This document shows positions 9,639 through 18,925 of a stretch of 64,000 nucleotides of DNA, in pieces (the stretch's first letter is position 1; every line of letters starts with the position of its first letter). Source of the stretch: an uncultured delta proteobacterium. Lineage in GTDB: Bacteria; Desulfobacterota; Binatia; UBA9968. Both the position numbers and the translations under genes were made by a program. Location: the NCBI GenBank assembly GCA_963816145.1, contig CAWFJP010000031.1, positions 256,001-320,000 on the forward strand, read 5' to 3'. Below the pieces are notes generated by a model that worked only from the letters and a program-made list of their open reading frames with translations, was not told the origin of the DNA and did not search any database.

Positions 9639-11990
9639 TCAATCTCGGAATGAATCGAGGTCCCGTTCGGGACGCGCCGGCGCGGGCGCCGGTGCGCTGT
9701 TTTCGCCGAGGCCCCAATCTTTAAGTATGCCGCCCAACCATTCCTTGGCGGTGTCGAGAACCGGGTCCCAGATACTTGGATAGGGCCGCTCATAAGGGAA
9801 GCGGGCGGCGCTGGCGATAAATTGCGCGTCGAGAGCGTGCTGAAAAAAATCGCCCACCAACAGCAAGGCAGTATGCGCTCCCTGGCCCCAGTAGTCGCTG
9901 CGCATGGTAATGCGCGAGTCGTTGAAGCCGACCCATGCGCCGGCGACAAGCCGGGAATGCATCAAGATAAACCAGCCGTCGGTGTTTTCTTGAGTCGTGC
10001 CGGTTTTTCCGGCGACATCGGCGCGCACGCCGAACTGGGCGCGCACCGCTTGGCCGGTGCCCAGGTCGACCGCGTCGCGCAGCATGTTGATCAGATCTCC
10101 AGCGCTCTTGTCGGAAAGGACGCGCTGCGGTTCGGTGACGAAGCTGGCCAGCACTGCGCCATTCTTATCGGTGATGCGGGTAATGAAAATAGGCGGCCGG
10201 TATTGACCGCCGGCGGCAAGGGTGCCGTAAGCGGAAACCATTTCCAGCAGGGTGACCGGGCTGGTACCGAGCGCCAACGCCGGTACCTCATCGAGCTTAC
10301 TGAGCGTAATTCCCATCAGGCGCGCCAGTTCGGCGGTTTTGCGCGGGCCGACTTCCTGCATGACCTGGGCGGTAATGGTGTTTTTCGAATAGATCAGTCC
10401 TTCGCGCGCCGTCATCGATCGGCCAGTGGGCGCAGTTCCATCGGTGGGGCGCCAGACCTTGCCGCCGGGCAGGGAAATCTCCACGGCGCGGTCGACGAAG
10501 CGTTTGTCGGGCGACATACCTTGCTCGAGCGCGGCGCCATAAACGAACGGTTTGAAGGTCGAACCTGGTTGACGCCGCGCTTGCACAACATGATCGAATT
10601 GATCGATCCTGAAGTCGCGGCTGCCGACCCAGGCCTTCACGTGGCCGTTGGCCGGATCGACGGCGACGAATCCCGCCTGCAAGCGGGTTTTGTCGGCGCG
10701 CAACTTGGTGAGAAATTCTTTGTTACTCTTCAATTGAGCGAGCGCCGCCGCCGGGGTCGCGCCGGCCTCGACCGCGGTGTGATAAGCCGGCGACTCGCGG
10801 ATCAGCACGTCGAGCAAGGCAGACTGAGTTTTCCAAAAATAGCCAAACGGCTGCACGCGCCGGCGCTGCTCGATGTAGGCGTAGGGGCTGGTCGATAGCA
10901 GCCGCCCCGAGCTCATGCCCCACTCGACATCCGCGACCGCCTGCAAAGTCTCCATCTGGCGGTTTACCGATTGATTGGCAAGCGCCTGCAAACGCGAGTC
11001 GATGGTGGTGTGGACGATCAAGCCGTCAGTGTAAATATTTTTGTCGTTGCGGTCGGCCCAATCGATCAACCATTTGCGAATCTGCGCAGCGAGATGAGGC
11101 GCGGGGCCGACCAGCTCTAGACGGGGTTCGAAATCGAGCCGTATGGGCCGGCGCCTTTGCCGATCGAATTCGGCCTGGGTCAACACGCCGCGCTTGACCA
11201 TTTGCGCCAGCACGACATTGCGCCGCGTGAGCGCGCGTTCGGGATTGAGCACCGGATTGTAATAGGCGGTGCCTTTCAGCATGGCGATCAGCGTCGCGCT
11301 CTCGGCGACATCGAGTTTGCGCGCCGGTTTGTCGAAGTATGTGCGCGCGGCCATTTCGATGCCGAAGGCGTTGTAAAGAAACGGCATGGTGTTGAGATAG
11401 GTCTCGAGGATCTCTTTTTTGCTGTAGGCATGCTCGATCTTTAACGCGGTGATCGTTTCCTTGATCTTGCGCAACAGTGTGCGCCGCCGGCCGATTTCCC
11501 GCGGGTAGAGATTGCGCGCCAGCTGCTGGGTGAGCGTGGAACCTCCCTGCGGGTCGCCGATCAGCGCGCCCAGCATGCCGCTTACGGTGCGCCGCCAGTC
11601 GATGCCGAAGTGATCGTAAAAACGGTGGTCTTCAGTGGCGATCAGGGCGTTGATGACATGCGGCGAGACTTGATTCAGCCGGACCCATTCGCGGTTCATC
11701 GGCTTGAGCGTCGCCAATTGCCTTCCATCCGCGGACAACAGCACGCTCGGGTGGTCAATTTTTGCCTTTAGTAGATCGGCAATGCTCGGTGTGAAGGGGA
11801 TCAAAACAATGCCGTACACCAACACGAGCGCGAGCCCCAACGCGGCGAGAAGCGCCAGTGCCTTGGCGGCATGGACCATCCGGACGCGCCGGCTCACGTC
11901 CGGATCGATCGCTGCCCTGAAGATCGCCAACAGCCGACGGTATAAGCGTTCCCACCTTCCCTCGGGGCGAGCGGCTTCAGCCACGATCAT
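9639..11990 (-). CDS. Class A penicillin-binding protein (PBP1A family)
   Basis: EDHRFYDHFGID and GGSTLTQQL transglycosylase motifs; STFK, SKN and KTGT transpeptidase motifs. Confidence 0.95.
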   Translation of the reverse strand: MIVAEAARPEGRWERLYRRLLAIFRAAIDPDVSRRVRMVHAAKALALLAALGLALVLVYGIVLIPFTPSIADLLKAKIDHPSVLLSADGRQLATLKPMNREWVRLNQVSPHVINALIATEDHRFYDHFGIDWRRTVSGMLGALIGDPQGGSTLTQQLARNLYPREIGRRRTLLRKIKETITALKIEHAYSKKEILETYLNTMPFLYNAFGIEMAARTYFDKPARKLDVAESATLIAMLKGTAYYNPVLNPERALTRRNVVLAQMVKRGVLTQAEFDRQRRRPIRLDFEPRLELVGPAPHLAAQIRKWLIDWADRNDKNIYTDGLIVHTTIDSRLQALANQSVNRQMETLQAVADVEWGMSSGRLLSTSPYAYIEQRRRVQPFGYFWKTQSALLDVLIRESPAYHTAVEAGATPAAALAQLKSNKEFLTKLRADKTRLQAGFVAVDPANGHVKAWVGSRDFRIDQFDHVVQARRQPGSTFKPFVYGAALEQGMSPDKRFVDRAVEISLPGGKVWRPTDGTAPTGRSMTAREGLIYSKNTITAQVMQEVGPRKTAELARLMGITLSKLDEVPALALGTSPVTLLEMVSAYGTLAAGGQYRPPIFITRITDKNGAVLASFVTEPQRVLSDKSAGDLINMLRDAVDLGTGQAVRAQFGVRADVAGKTGTTQENTDGWFILMHSRLVAGAWVGFNDSRITMRSDYWGQGAHTALLLVGDFFQHALDAQFIASAARFPYERPYPSIWDPVLDTAKEWLGGILKDWGLGENSAPAPAPARPERDLDSFRD

Positions 11991-12292
11991 TCCTTTGTGT
12001 TCTTGCCATGGTGTCGCAGTTCCTGCGCGGCAATCTCCTTAGACGAACGGACCGTCACCTAAGTTAATGTTCCCACAACTTATTGTATGTGATGGTGCGC
12101 AGAACTAAAGAGCACGGACGCTTTCGGGCCCAAACGCGGGAGCGCTCGTCAGCAGCAGCGGAAAAACCTGCCGATCATCGGCATAGTCGCTGCAAAATGC
12201 TTCGAAGCTCTTCATCTCAATCCCTAGGAATGGGATAATCGGCTGTCGACCGTGATACGCGGTTGCTGTGAACGAGTCCTGTCTGGATACCC

Positions 12293-13573
12293 ATGCAATT
12301 GAAATTAACCAGTTCATCGCCGCTTTGGCGTTCGCTGCGCCATCGCAATTACCGTTTGTATATCACCGGCCAATTGGTCTCGGTCTGCGGCACCTGGATG
12401 CAACAGGTGGCGCTAAGCTGGTTGGTCTACCGCCTGACTAAATCCGCCACTCTGCTCGGCGTGGTCGGTTTCGCATCGCAGATTCCGATCCTCGGTTTGG
12501 GCCCCATCGGCGGCGTCATCAGCGACCGCTACTCGTGTCATCGGGTTGCGGTCTGGACCCAATGCGCGGCCCTGGTCCAAGCAGTTCTGTTGGCGTCGTT
12601 GACGTTGATGGGTTGGATTCAGCCCTTGCATATTATTCTGCTGGGCGCCGCGCTCGGGGTGGTCTACGCCTTCGACATGCCGGCGCGCCAAGCGTTGGTG
12701 CACGAGTTGGTTGACACCGAGGACTTGGCCAACGCAGTGGCTCTCAATTCCTCGATGATCAACGCGGCGCGCATCGTCGGACCCGCGCTCGCCGGTCTGG
12801 TCGTCGCCAAATTCGGCGAAGGGGTTTGTTTCGTAATCAATGCCGTCAGCTACATCGCGACGATTACAGCGTTGCTGATGATGAAGCTCGCCGCGCGCCC
12901 ACCGCGCGAGACGGCGCCCTTTTCCATCAGGCGGTCATTGCTCGAAGGTTACCGCTACACGCTGGCAACCACGCCGATACGGGATCTGCTGATACTACTG
13001 GGCGTGGTCGGCGTCATGGGAATGCCCTACATGACCTTGATGCCCGTGTTTGCATCTCAAGTGCATCGCAGCGGCGCCGATACCCTAGGATTGATGTTCG
13101 GCGCCGTCGGCTTGGGCGCGCTCGTCGGCGCGCTGTTTCTCGCCCAACGCAAAAACATTATCGGCCTGGGCCGGGTGATCGTTTTCGCCGCCTTGGGATT
13201 CGGCGCGGGACTCATCTTGTTTACATTTGCACGGCTGTTTTGGCTTTCGTTATTGCTGCTTGTCGGCGTCGGCTGCGGTTGGATGGTGCTGATCGCGGCG
13301 AGCAATACGGCGCTGCAGACCCTGGCCGACGATAACATGCGCGGCCGGGTGATGAGCCTTTTCTCGATGATGCTGGTCGGCATGGCGCCGTTCGGCAGTT
13401 TGCTGGCAGGTTGGGCCGCCGATCAAGTAGGCGCTCCGTTGGTGGTGGCGATCGGCGGTGGCTTTTGCGCTCTTGCCGGGATCGTTTTCGCCCGCCAGCT
13501 GCCCCGGCTGCGCGAGGCGGCCAAGCCGATCTTGGCCGCACGCGGAATCATTCTGGAAAGCGACGTGAAGTAG
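12293..13573 (+). CDS. MFS transporter (DUF894/H+ antiporter-like)
   Basis: RSLRHRNYRLY..GQLVS..GTWMQ, FDMPARQA, about 12 hydrophobic helices. Confidence 0.9.
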   Translation: MQLKLTSSSPLWRSLRHRNYRLYITGQLVSVCGTWMQQVALSWLVYRLTKSATLLGVVGFASQIPILGLGPIGGVISDRYSCHRVAVWTQCAALVQAVLLASLTLMGWIQPLHIILLGAALGVVYAFDMPARQALVHELVDTEDLANAVALNSSMINAARIVGPALAGLVVAKFGEGVCFVINAVSYIATITALLMMKLAARPPRETAPFSIRRSLLEGYRYTLATTPIRDLLILLGVVGVMGMPYMTLMPVFASQVHRSGADTLGLMFGAVGLGALVGALFLAQRKNIIGLGRVIVFAALGFGAGLILFTFARLFWLSLLLLVGVGCGWMVLIAASNTALQTLADDNMRGRVMSLFSMMLVGMAPFGSLLAGWAADQVGAPLVVAIGGGFCALAGIVFARQLPRLREAAKPILAARGIILESDVK

Positions 13574-13717
13574 GGAAACCCGTCAAGCTGAAAGCGAAAC
13601 ACTGATGATGGCGGCGAGCGGCTGTGACATAACCTGGCTAAAATGAAATCGCCCAACCGTCGGCGGAGCGAATGGAGGCTTGGGCAGATCTCATTCCGCC
13701 GATCTAGCCAGCGCAGG

Positions 13718-15007
13718 TCATTTTATCGGTGGCCGGAGGCAAAGGCTGAGCACGGCCGAGGTGAACAGCATGCCTATGAAGATGCTGAAGGAGAGGTAGT
13801 AACTCTGCGTGTAGTCGAAGAGCAGGCCGAAGAACGGCGGACCGCAGGCGGAGAAGATGCTGGTCACGAGCGAGCCCATGCCGCGGATTTTTCCCAGCGA
13901 GATGCGGCCGAAAAAATCGGCCCAAATAGTTTCCGCCAAGACCGCCGTGCCGCCCATGCCGATGCCGTAGATAAAAAAGCCAATATAGAGCGGCGCCATT
14001 CCGGGCAGTAACAGCGCCACTAACAGGCCGGCGCCTTGGAACGCGCATTTGGCCATATTGAGAATGCCGTTATCCATGCGGTCGGCGAGCGTGCCCCAGA
14101 CGATCGGCGTGCTGAGCTGCATGACTGCGATGATGCTCATCACCGAAGCGGCCACCAGGGTTGGATGGCCTTGATCGGTGACGTAGGAAAACACATGGAG
14201 ATTGAGCCCGGTGACGCCGATCTGAGCGACGCCGAAGGTGCTGGCGATGAGCCAGAAGACCGGTGTGCGCAGCGCTTCGCGCCGGCTCCACTCGACATTG
14301 TCGGCGCCGGTGCGCTTGGCGTGGCGGGTTTTTTTTGGGGTTGCGACTTCCGCTTTCACCGGCACCGGTCCGCCGTCGGGTAGCAATCCCATTTCTTCCG
14401 GGGCGCGCCGCATGAATAGCAAGGCCGGCGCGACCACCAACAATAAGGCGAACACGCCGAAGACCACCCACGCGCCACGCCAGCCGACGTACAGCATCAA
14501 GGTCGCCGCCGCAACCGGCATACAAACTTTGGCCAGGCCATGGCCCATGCCGGCGATGGCCAGGGCGCGGCCGCGCATGCGCACGAACCAGCGCGAGATC
14601 GACACATTCACTACCATGGAGCCCATGAGCGAATCGCCCGGACTGATGAGCAGCCAACGCACCAGCATGAACTGTATGAAACCCTGCGCTTGACCGAGGC
14701 AGATAAAGCCGGCGCCGGAAATCAATCCACCGGCCGCCATCAGCCAGCGTCCGCCGTAGCGGTCCATCAACGTGCCGACCACGGGCGCTGCCGCCGCGCC
14801 GATGAGGATCTCGCCGGAACGGATGAGCGAGAACATACCGCGGGAAATGCCCAAGTCGCTCGACAACGGTTTGAGAAATACGCTGAGCGTGCTCGAGATC
14901 GAAAATGCCGAAGCGATGTGGGCGAGAAAGCCGACGATGACGATAACCCAGCCGTAATAGATCGCTGCCTTTTTTACCGGTTGCTCGACCAAGGGTGAAA
15001 TGGACAT
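13718..15007 (-). CDS. MFS transporter
   Basis: YYGWVIV, G.LMDRYGGR, SRWFVRMRGRA, multiple hydrophobic helices. Confidence 0.9.
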   Translation of the reverse strand: MSISPLVEQPVKKAAIYYGWVIVIVGFLAHIASAFSISSTLSVFLKPLSSDLGISRGMFSLIRSGEILIGAAAAPVVGTLMDRYGGRWLMAAGGLISGAGFICLGQAQGFIQFMLVRWLLISPGDSLMGSMVVNVSISRWFVRMRGRALAIAGMGHGLAKVCMPVAAATLMLYVGWRGAWVVFGVFALLLVVAPALLFMRRAPEEMGLLPDGGPVPVKAEVATPKKTRHAKRTGADNVEWSRREALRTPVFWLIASTFGVAQIGVTGLNLHVFSYVTDQGHPTLVAASVMSIIAVMQLSTPIVWGTLADRMDNGILNMAKCAFQGAGLLVALLLPGMAPLYIGFFIYGIGMGGTAVLAETIWADFFGRISLGKIRGMGSLVTSIFSACGPPFFGLLFDYTQSYYLSFSIFIGMLFTSAVLSLCLRPPIK

Positions 15008-15258
15008 TCCTAGCTTGTAACAAGGTTCGCGGCAAAACTACAAGGCAACGCGGCACATGGTAAGACCGCACAAGGCGCATCTAAAGCTGTTAGTACTTGG
15101 GATATTCAATGCAAGGTCTCTGCCCCACTAGAACAACCGAATGGTCAAAGCCTACACCCAGGCCGTTGCCACTGCAGGCCGAGCACAAATAGGTTGACAG
15201 CTGCACCGTCGGTTGATACTTCTGCGGTCGACTCAGCGATTCATGCCACGATAGCACT

Positions 15259-16032
15259 ATGGAAAACCTCGGCGATAGATTCACTCTTTTCACTCAGCCC
15301 GGTTGAAGCAGTTGCCTAAGAGCGAAAGAGTTTCTTTCGAAAAAAGGCATCGACTTCATCGCGCTCGATATCTTGAACGATCCAACGGCGCTAGAGCGAT
15401 TGGGCAGGCTTGGCGTGCGCACCGTACCGGTTTTGGCCAGCGGTGATCAATACATCTTTTGCCAGAACCTGGAAGATGTCGCCGAGTTCGTCGGCTTGCA
15501 AGGCAGTGGGCATACAGCGCTCCCGCCAACTGTATTGATGACGAAATGGACCACGGTGCTACGCGCGGCGCAGCGCTATATTCGTCAACTCCCCAGCGAC
15601 CGGCTGGCCGAGCGCGCGATCGAAAATCGTGATCGCTCGCTTCGACTCTTGAGCCACCACATCTTTCGCGTCGCCGAAGCCTTCCTCGAAACCGCCATTG
15701 ACGGTGTCGAATACCGGACCAACAATGCCAACATCCCACCCGAAGACGGAACCTGCACCACCGGCGAGGAAATTGCAGCCTACGGTGACGGCATTGTTGC
15801 GCGGCTTGAGAAGTGGTGGAGCCAACTTGAGGACCGATCCTGCCAGCGACCGGTGAAAACCTTCTATGGCACGCCGCCGATGCATCAGCTTTTCGAGCGC
15901 TCCACCTGGCACTCGGCGCAGCACACGCGCCAGTTGATGGCCGTTCTCGAGCGCTTCGCTATCGAGCCCCGGGGGCGGCTCACGGCCGAAGATCTAGCCG
16001 GGCTGCCTCTGCCGGAAGGCCTGTGGGAATGA
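15259..16032 (+). CDS. Probable selenoprotein: glutaredoxin/NrdH-like domain (UxxC) fused to a DinB-like domain
   Basis: ATG 15259 is in frame with ORF 15373-16032; reads FTQPG-TGA(15304)-SSCLRAKEFLSKKGIDF...RTVPV; C-terminal LSHHIF and WHSAQHTRQL His motifs. Confidence 0.82.
15313..15349 (+). promoter_or_regulatory. Putative bacterial SECIS hairpin
   Basis: TGCCT..CGAAAGA-GTT-TCTTTCG..AGGCA just 3' of the in-frame TGA; G at the start of the apical loop. Confidence 0.65.
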
Positions 16033-16046
16033 CCAGAAGAAAAACG

Positions 16047-16088
16047 CGTTCCAGTCGTTCCAAACGTTCAAGCTGTTCAAATCGTTAA
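16047..16088. repeat. Degenerate 9-nt tandem repeat (CGTTCMARN, about 5 units)
   Basis: cgttccagt cgttccaaa cgttcaagc tgttcaaat cgttaa. Confidence 0.6.
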
Positions 16089-16274
16089 CCGAAGAAGATT
16101 GGCAATCGCCGCCTTAACCGCAAGGCGCCAAGGCAATTGATTTTGTGCCAACGCGGGAGACGGCCATTTTATGCCCAATTATCCTCTTGAACTTGATCGT
16201 TCGCCGGTGCGGGGTTGCGCGAAAGCGGCACGGTAAAACGTTTTCTCCAAGAGAGTAACCGCCGGGAGGGTCGG

Positions 16275-17741
16275 ATGGGACTGACGCAAGAAGTTGCCCA
16301 CTTTGTCGCGCGGACACGCTACCGGGATATTCCCAAAGAGGTTGTCCAACTGGCGCGCGGATTCATCCTGGACGGACTCGGCGTCGCCTTAGCTGGTTCC
16401 ACTGACGAGTGCTCGCGCATCGTTCAAGCGCAAATCCGCCAAATGAACGGCAAGGGCGAGTCGTCGATTGTCGGCACCGGGCTCGCAGCGCCGGCAGCGA
16501 AAGCGGCTCTGGCCAACGGCGTGGCCGGCCATGCGATGGATTACGACGACACCCAGCTGTCAACTTCCAAGGAAGCAGTTTACGGTCTCTTGACGCATCC
16601 GACCACGCCTGTGCTCGCCGCCGTGTTGGCGATCGCTGAGAAAGAAAAAATCTGCGGCGAGGAACTGGTTTTGGCCTATCTCTTGGGCGTCGAAGTCGAG
16701 TGCCGCATCGCCGATGCGATCAACCCACGCCACTATCAAGAGGGTTTTCACTCCACTGCGACCATGGGCGGCATCGGCGCCGCCATGGCGGTGGGCAAAA
16801 TGCTCCGGCTCAAGGAAGAGGAGCTGATTCGCACCTTGGGCATTGCCGCCAGCATGGCGTCCGGCTTGCGCGAAAACTTCGGCACCATGACCAAGCCGCT
16901 GCACGCCGGACGCGCTGCTGAGAACGGCGTGACCGCCGCCGTGTTGGCGCGCGACGGCTTCACGGCGGCGGCGAATATTCTCGAAGCCCGCCGCGGCTTT
17001 TTCAACGCCATGGCCGGCGGTTGCGATGAGAGCAAGATCACCGGGCGGCTCGGTTCGCCTTACTTCATGAAGGAGCCGGGAATTTCCATCAAGCCGTATC
17101 CGTCCGGCTCACTCTCGCACCCGGCGCAAGATTTGATTCTCGACCTGGTCAAACAGCATGATCTTGGCGCGGACGATATCGATCACATCGACGTCGGCAC
17201 CAATTCCAACGTGCCCAATGCGCTGATCTATCCGGTGCCCAAGACCGCCTTGGAAGGAAAGTTCAGCATTCCGTTCTGCATGGCGATCGCTGTCTTGGAG
17301 CGCAAGGCCGGCATCGCGCAGTTCCAAGACCTCAAGGTGCGCGACAAGAAGGTCGTCGAATTGATGAAGCGGGTGACGCTCTACGTCGACGATGAACTTG
17401 AAAAGCTCGGCTACGATCAGGTGCGTTCGCGGATTCGCATCAGACTCAAAAATGGCCAGGTGATCGAAGGGCGCTATGATGTCGCGCGTGGACACCCGGA
17501 GAAACCGATGAGTTGGGCCGAACTGGAAGACAAATTTCGCGACTGCGCCGGGCTCGTGCTGGCGGACAAGGACGCGGAAACGGCGATCCAATTGGTCGCC
17601 CGCATCGAAGAACTGAAAAGCTTAAGCCCCCTGTTCCGTGCTCTGACCAGCGCGCGCGCCAAGAGTGGTAAAAAAAATAAATCTTCTGGGATACCCGTGA
17701 AGGCGTATTCACCACCAAGGACACGACGAGCACGAAGTTAG
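16275..17741 (+). CDS. MmgE/PrpD family protein
   Basis: NGVAGHAMDYDD, THPT, GFHST, TMTKPLHAG, IKPYPSG..SHP, KFSIPF. Confidence 0.93.
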   Translation: MGLTQEVAHFVARTRYRDIPKEVVQLARGFILDGLGVALAGSTDECSRIVQAQIRQMNGKGESSIVGTGLAAPAAKAALANGVAGHAMDYDDTQLSTSKEAVYGLLTHPTTPVLAAVLAIAEKEKICGEELVLAYLLGVEVECRIADAINPRHYQEGFHSTATMGGIGAAMAVGKMLRLKEEELIRTLGIAASMASGLRENFGTMTKPLHAGRAAENGVTAAVLARDGFTAAANILEARRGFFNAMAGGCDESKITGRLGSPYFMKEPGISIKPYPSGSLSHPAQDLILDLVKQHDLGADDIDHIDVGTNSNVPNALIYPVPKTALEGKFSIPFCMAIAVLERKAGIAQFQDLKVRDKKVVELMKRVTLYVDDELEKLGYDQVRSRIRIRLKNGQVIEGRYDVARGHPEKPMSWAELEDKFRDCAGLVLADKDAETAIQLVARIEELKSLSPLFRALTSARAKSGKKNKSSGIPVKAYSPPRTRRARS

Positions 17742-17793
17742 GAGCATTGATTATCCGAAACCTTCATGTCCTTCGTCATCTTCGTGGTGAGAT
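17707..17793. repeat. Palindromic repeat with 9-nt internal period (CACGAAGRR)
   Basis: Near reverse complement of the inner part of 21747-21917; overlaps the last codons of the MmgE/PrpD gene. Confidence 0.8.
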
Positions 17794-17800
17794 ATTCATA

Positions 17801-17828
17801 TTGACTGAAAGACTAATTCCGCGATAAT
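17801..17828 (+). promoter_or_regulatory. Putative sigma70 promoter of the ABC operon
   Basis: TTGACT-N16-GATAAT, 60 bp upstream of ATG 17889. Confidence 0.4.
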
Positions 17829-17888
17829 GGCCCGGCCCGGAAGTAACTTAGACACGAGAGGATCTAACTGAAGGACTAGGAGGCAATC

Positions 17889-18911
17889 ATGAAAAAGATT
17901 GGCATTTACTTCGTCATTCTCACCGGGATTTTCGCCCTAGCGTCGCTGGCTGCGGCGCAAGATGCCGCGCTATTCCAGGCGGCCAGAAAAGAAGGATCGG
18001 TGGTTTGGTATACGTCTTTGGCGTTACCATCCTCGACGGCAATTTCACATGCCTTCAAGCAAAAATATACCGGAATCGACGTCGAGCTTCATCGCACGGG
18101 CTCGCAGCGGGTCCTGCAAAGATTCATGCAGGAAGCGGCGTCGGGAATTAAGAATGGCGATATCGTGCATACCTCGGATGCTGGCAATTTCGAGCTTTTG
18201 AAGGACAAAGGGATGCTGCTGAAATTTACGCCCCAGGGCGTATCCACATTCCCCGACGGCTTTAAGGACAAGGCCGGTTTTTACTATGGCATGCGGGCGA
18301 CGCTTTCCGTGATCGCTTACAATCCGAAGATCGTCGCGGACAAAGACGCACCTAAAACCTGGAAGGAACTTCTAAATTCCAAATGGAACGGCAAGATGGT
18401 TACCGCCCATCCGGGCTACAGCGGCATCATCATGACCCATGTGCTGGCGCTGGTGAATCTCTACGGTTGGGACTACTTTCGCGATCTGGCGAAAAACAAA
18501 TTGCATATCGTGCAGTCGGCCAATGATCCGGCCGGTGTCGTCGCGTCGGGAGAACGACCGGTAGGCGTGAACGGCGCGGAATATTTCTATTACAAAACCC
18601 AAAAACAGGGTAATCCGGTCAAGATCATCTATCCCAAAGAGGGCGTACCGCTCGTCGTCTCGCCAGTGGCGATTGCCAAGGACGCGCCCCATCCCAACGC
18701 GGCGAAACTCTTCACCGAGTTCATTTTTTCCAAAGAGTCGCAGCAGTTGCTGGCGGACAAAGAAGGTCTTTATACCGGCCACCCTGACGTCACCTATCCG
18801 GCGGACAAGCCGAAACTCAAAGACCTCAAGTTATTGGCGCCGAACGCCGACGAGCTCGAAAAACGCAACGCCGAGATTAAGAAACGCTTCACTGAATTCT
18901 TCGGCGCGTAG
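17889..18911 (+). CDS. ABC transporter substrate-binding protein (AfuA/FbpA-like family)
   Basis: Signal peptide, AARKEGSVVWYTS, APHPNAAKLF; first gene of the ABC trio. Confidence 0.9.
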   Translation: MKKIGIYFVILTGIFALASLAAAQDAALFQAARKEGSVVWYTSLALPSSTAISHAFKQKYTGIDVELHRTGSQRVLQRFMQEAASGIKNGDIVHTSDAGNFELLKDKGMLLKFTPQGVSTFPDGFKDKAGFYYGMRATLSVIAYNPKIVADKDAPKTWKELLNSKWNGKMVTAHPGYSGIIMTHVLALVNLYGWDYFRDLAKNKLHIVQSANDPAGVVASGERPVGVNGAEYFYYKTQKQGNPVKIIYPKEGVPLVVSPVAIAKDAPHPNAAKLFTEFIFSKESQQLLADKEGLYTGHPDVTYPADKPKLKDLKLLAPNADELEKRNAEIKKRFTEFFGA

Positions 18912-18925
18912 TAGGGGAAACATTC

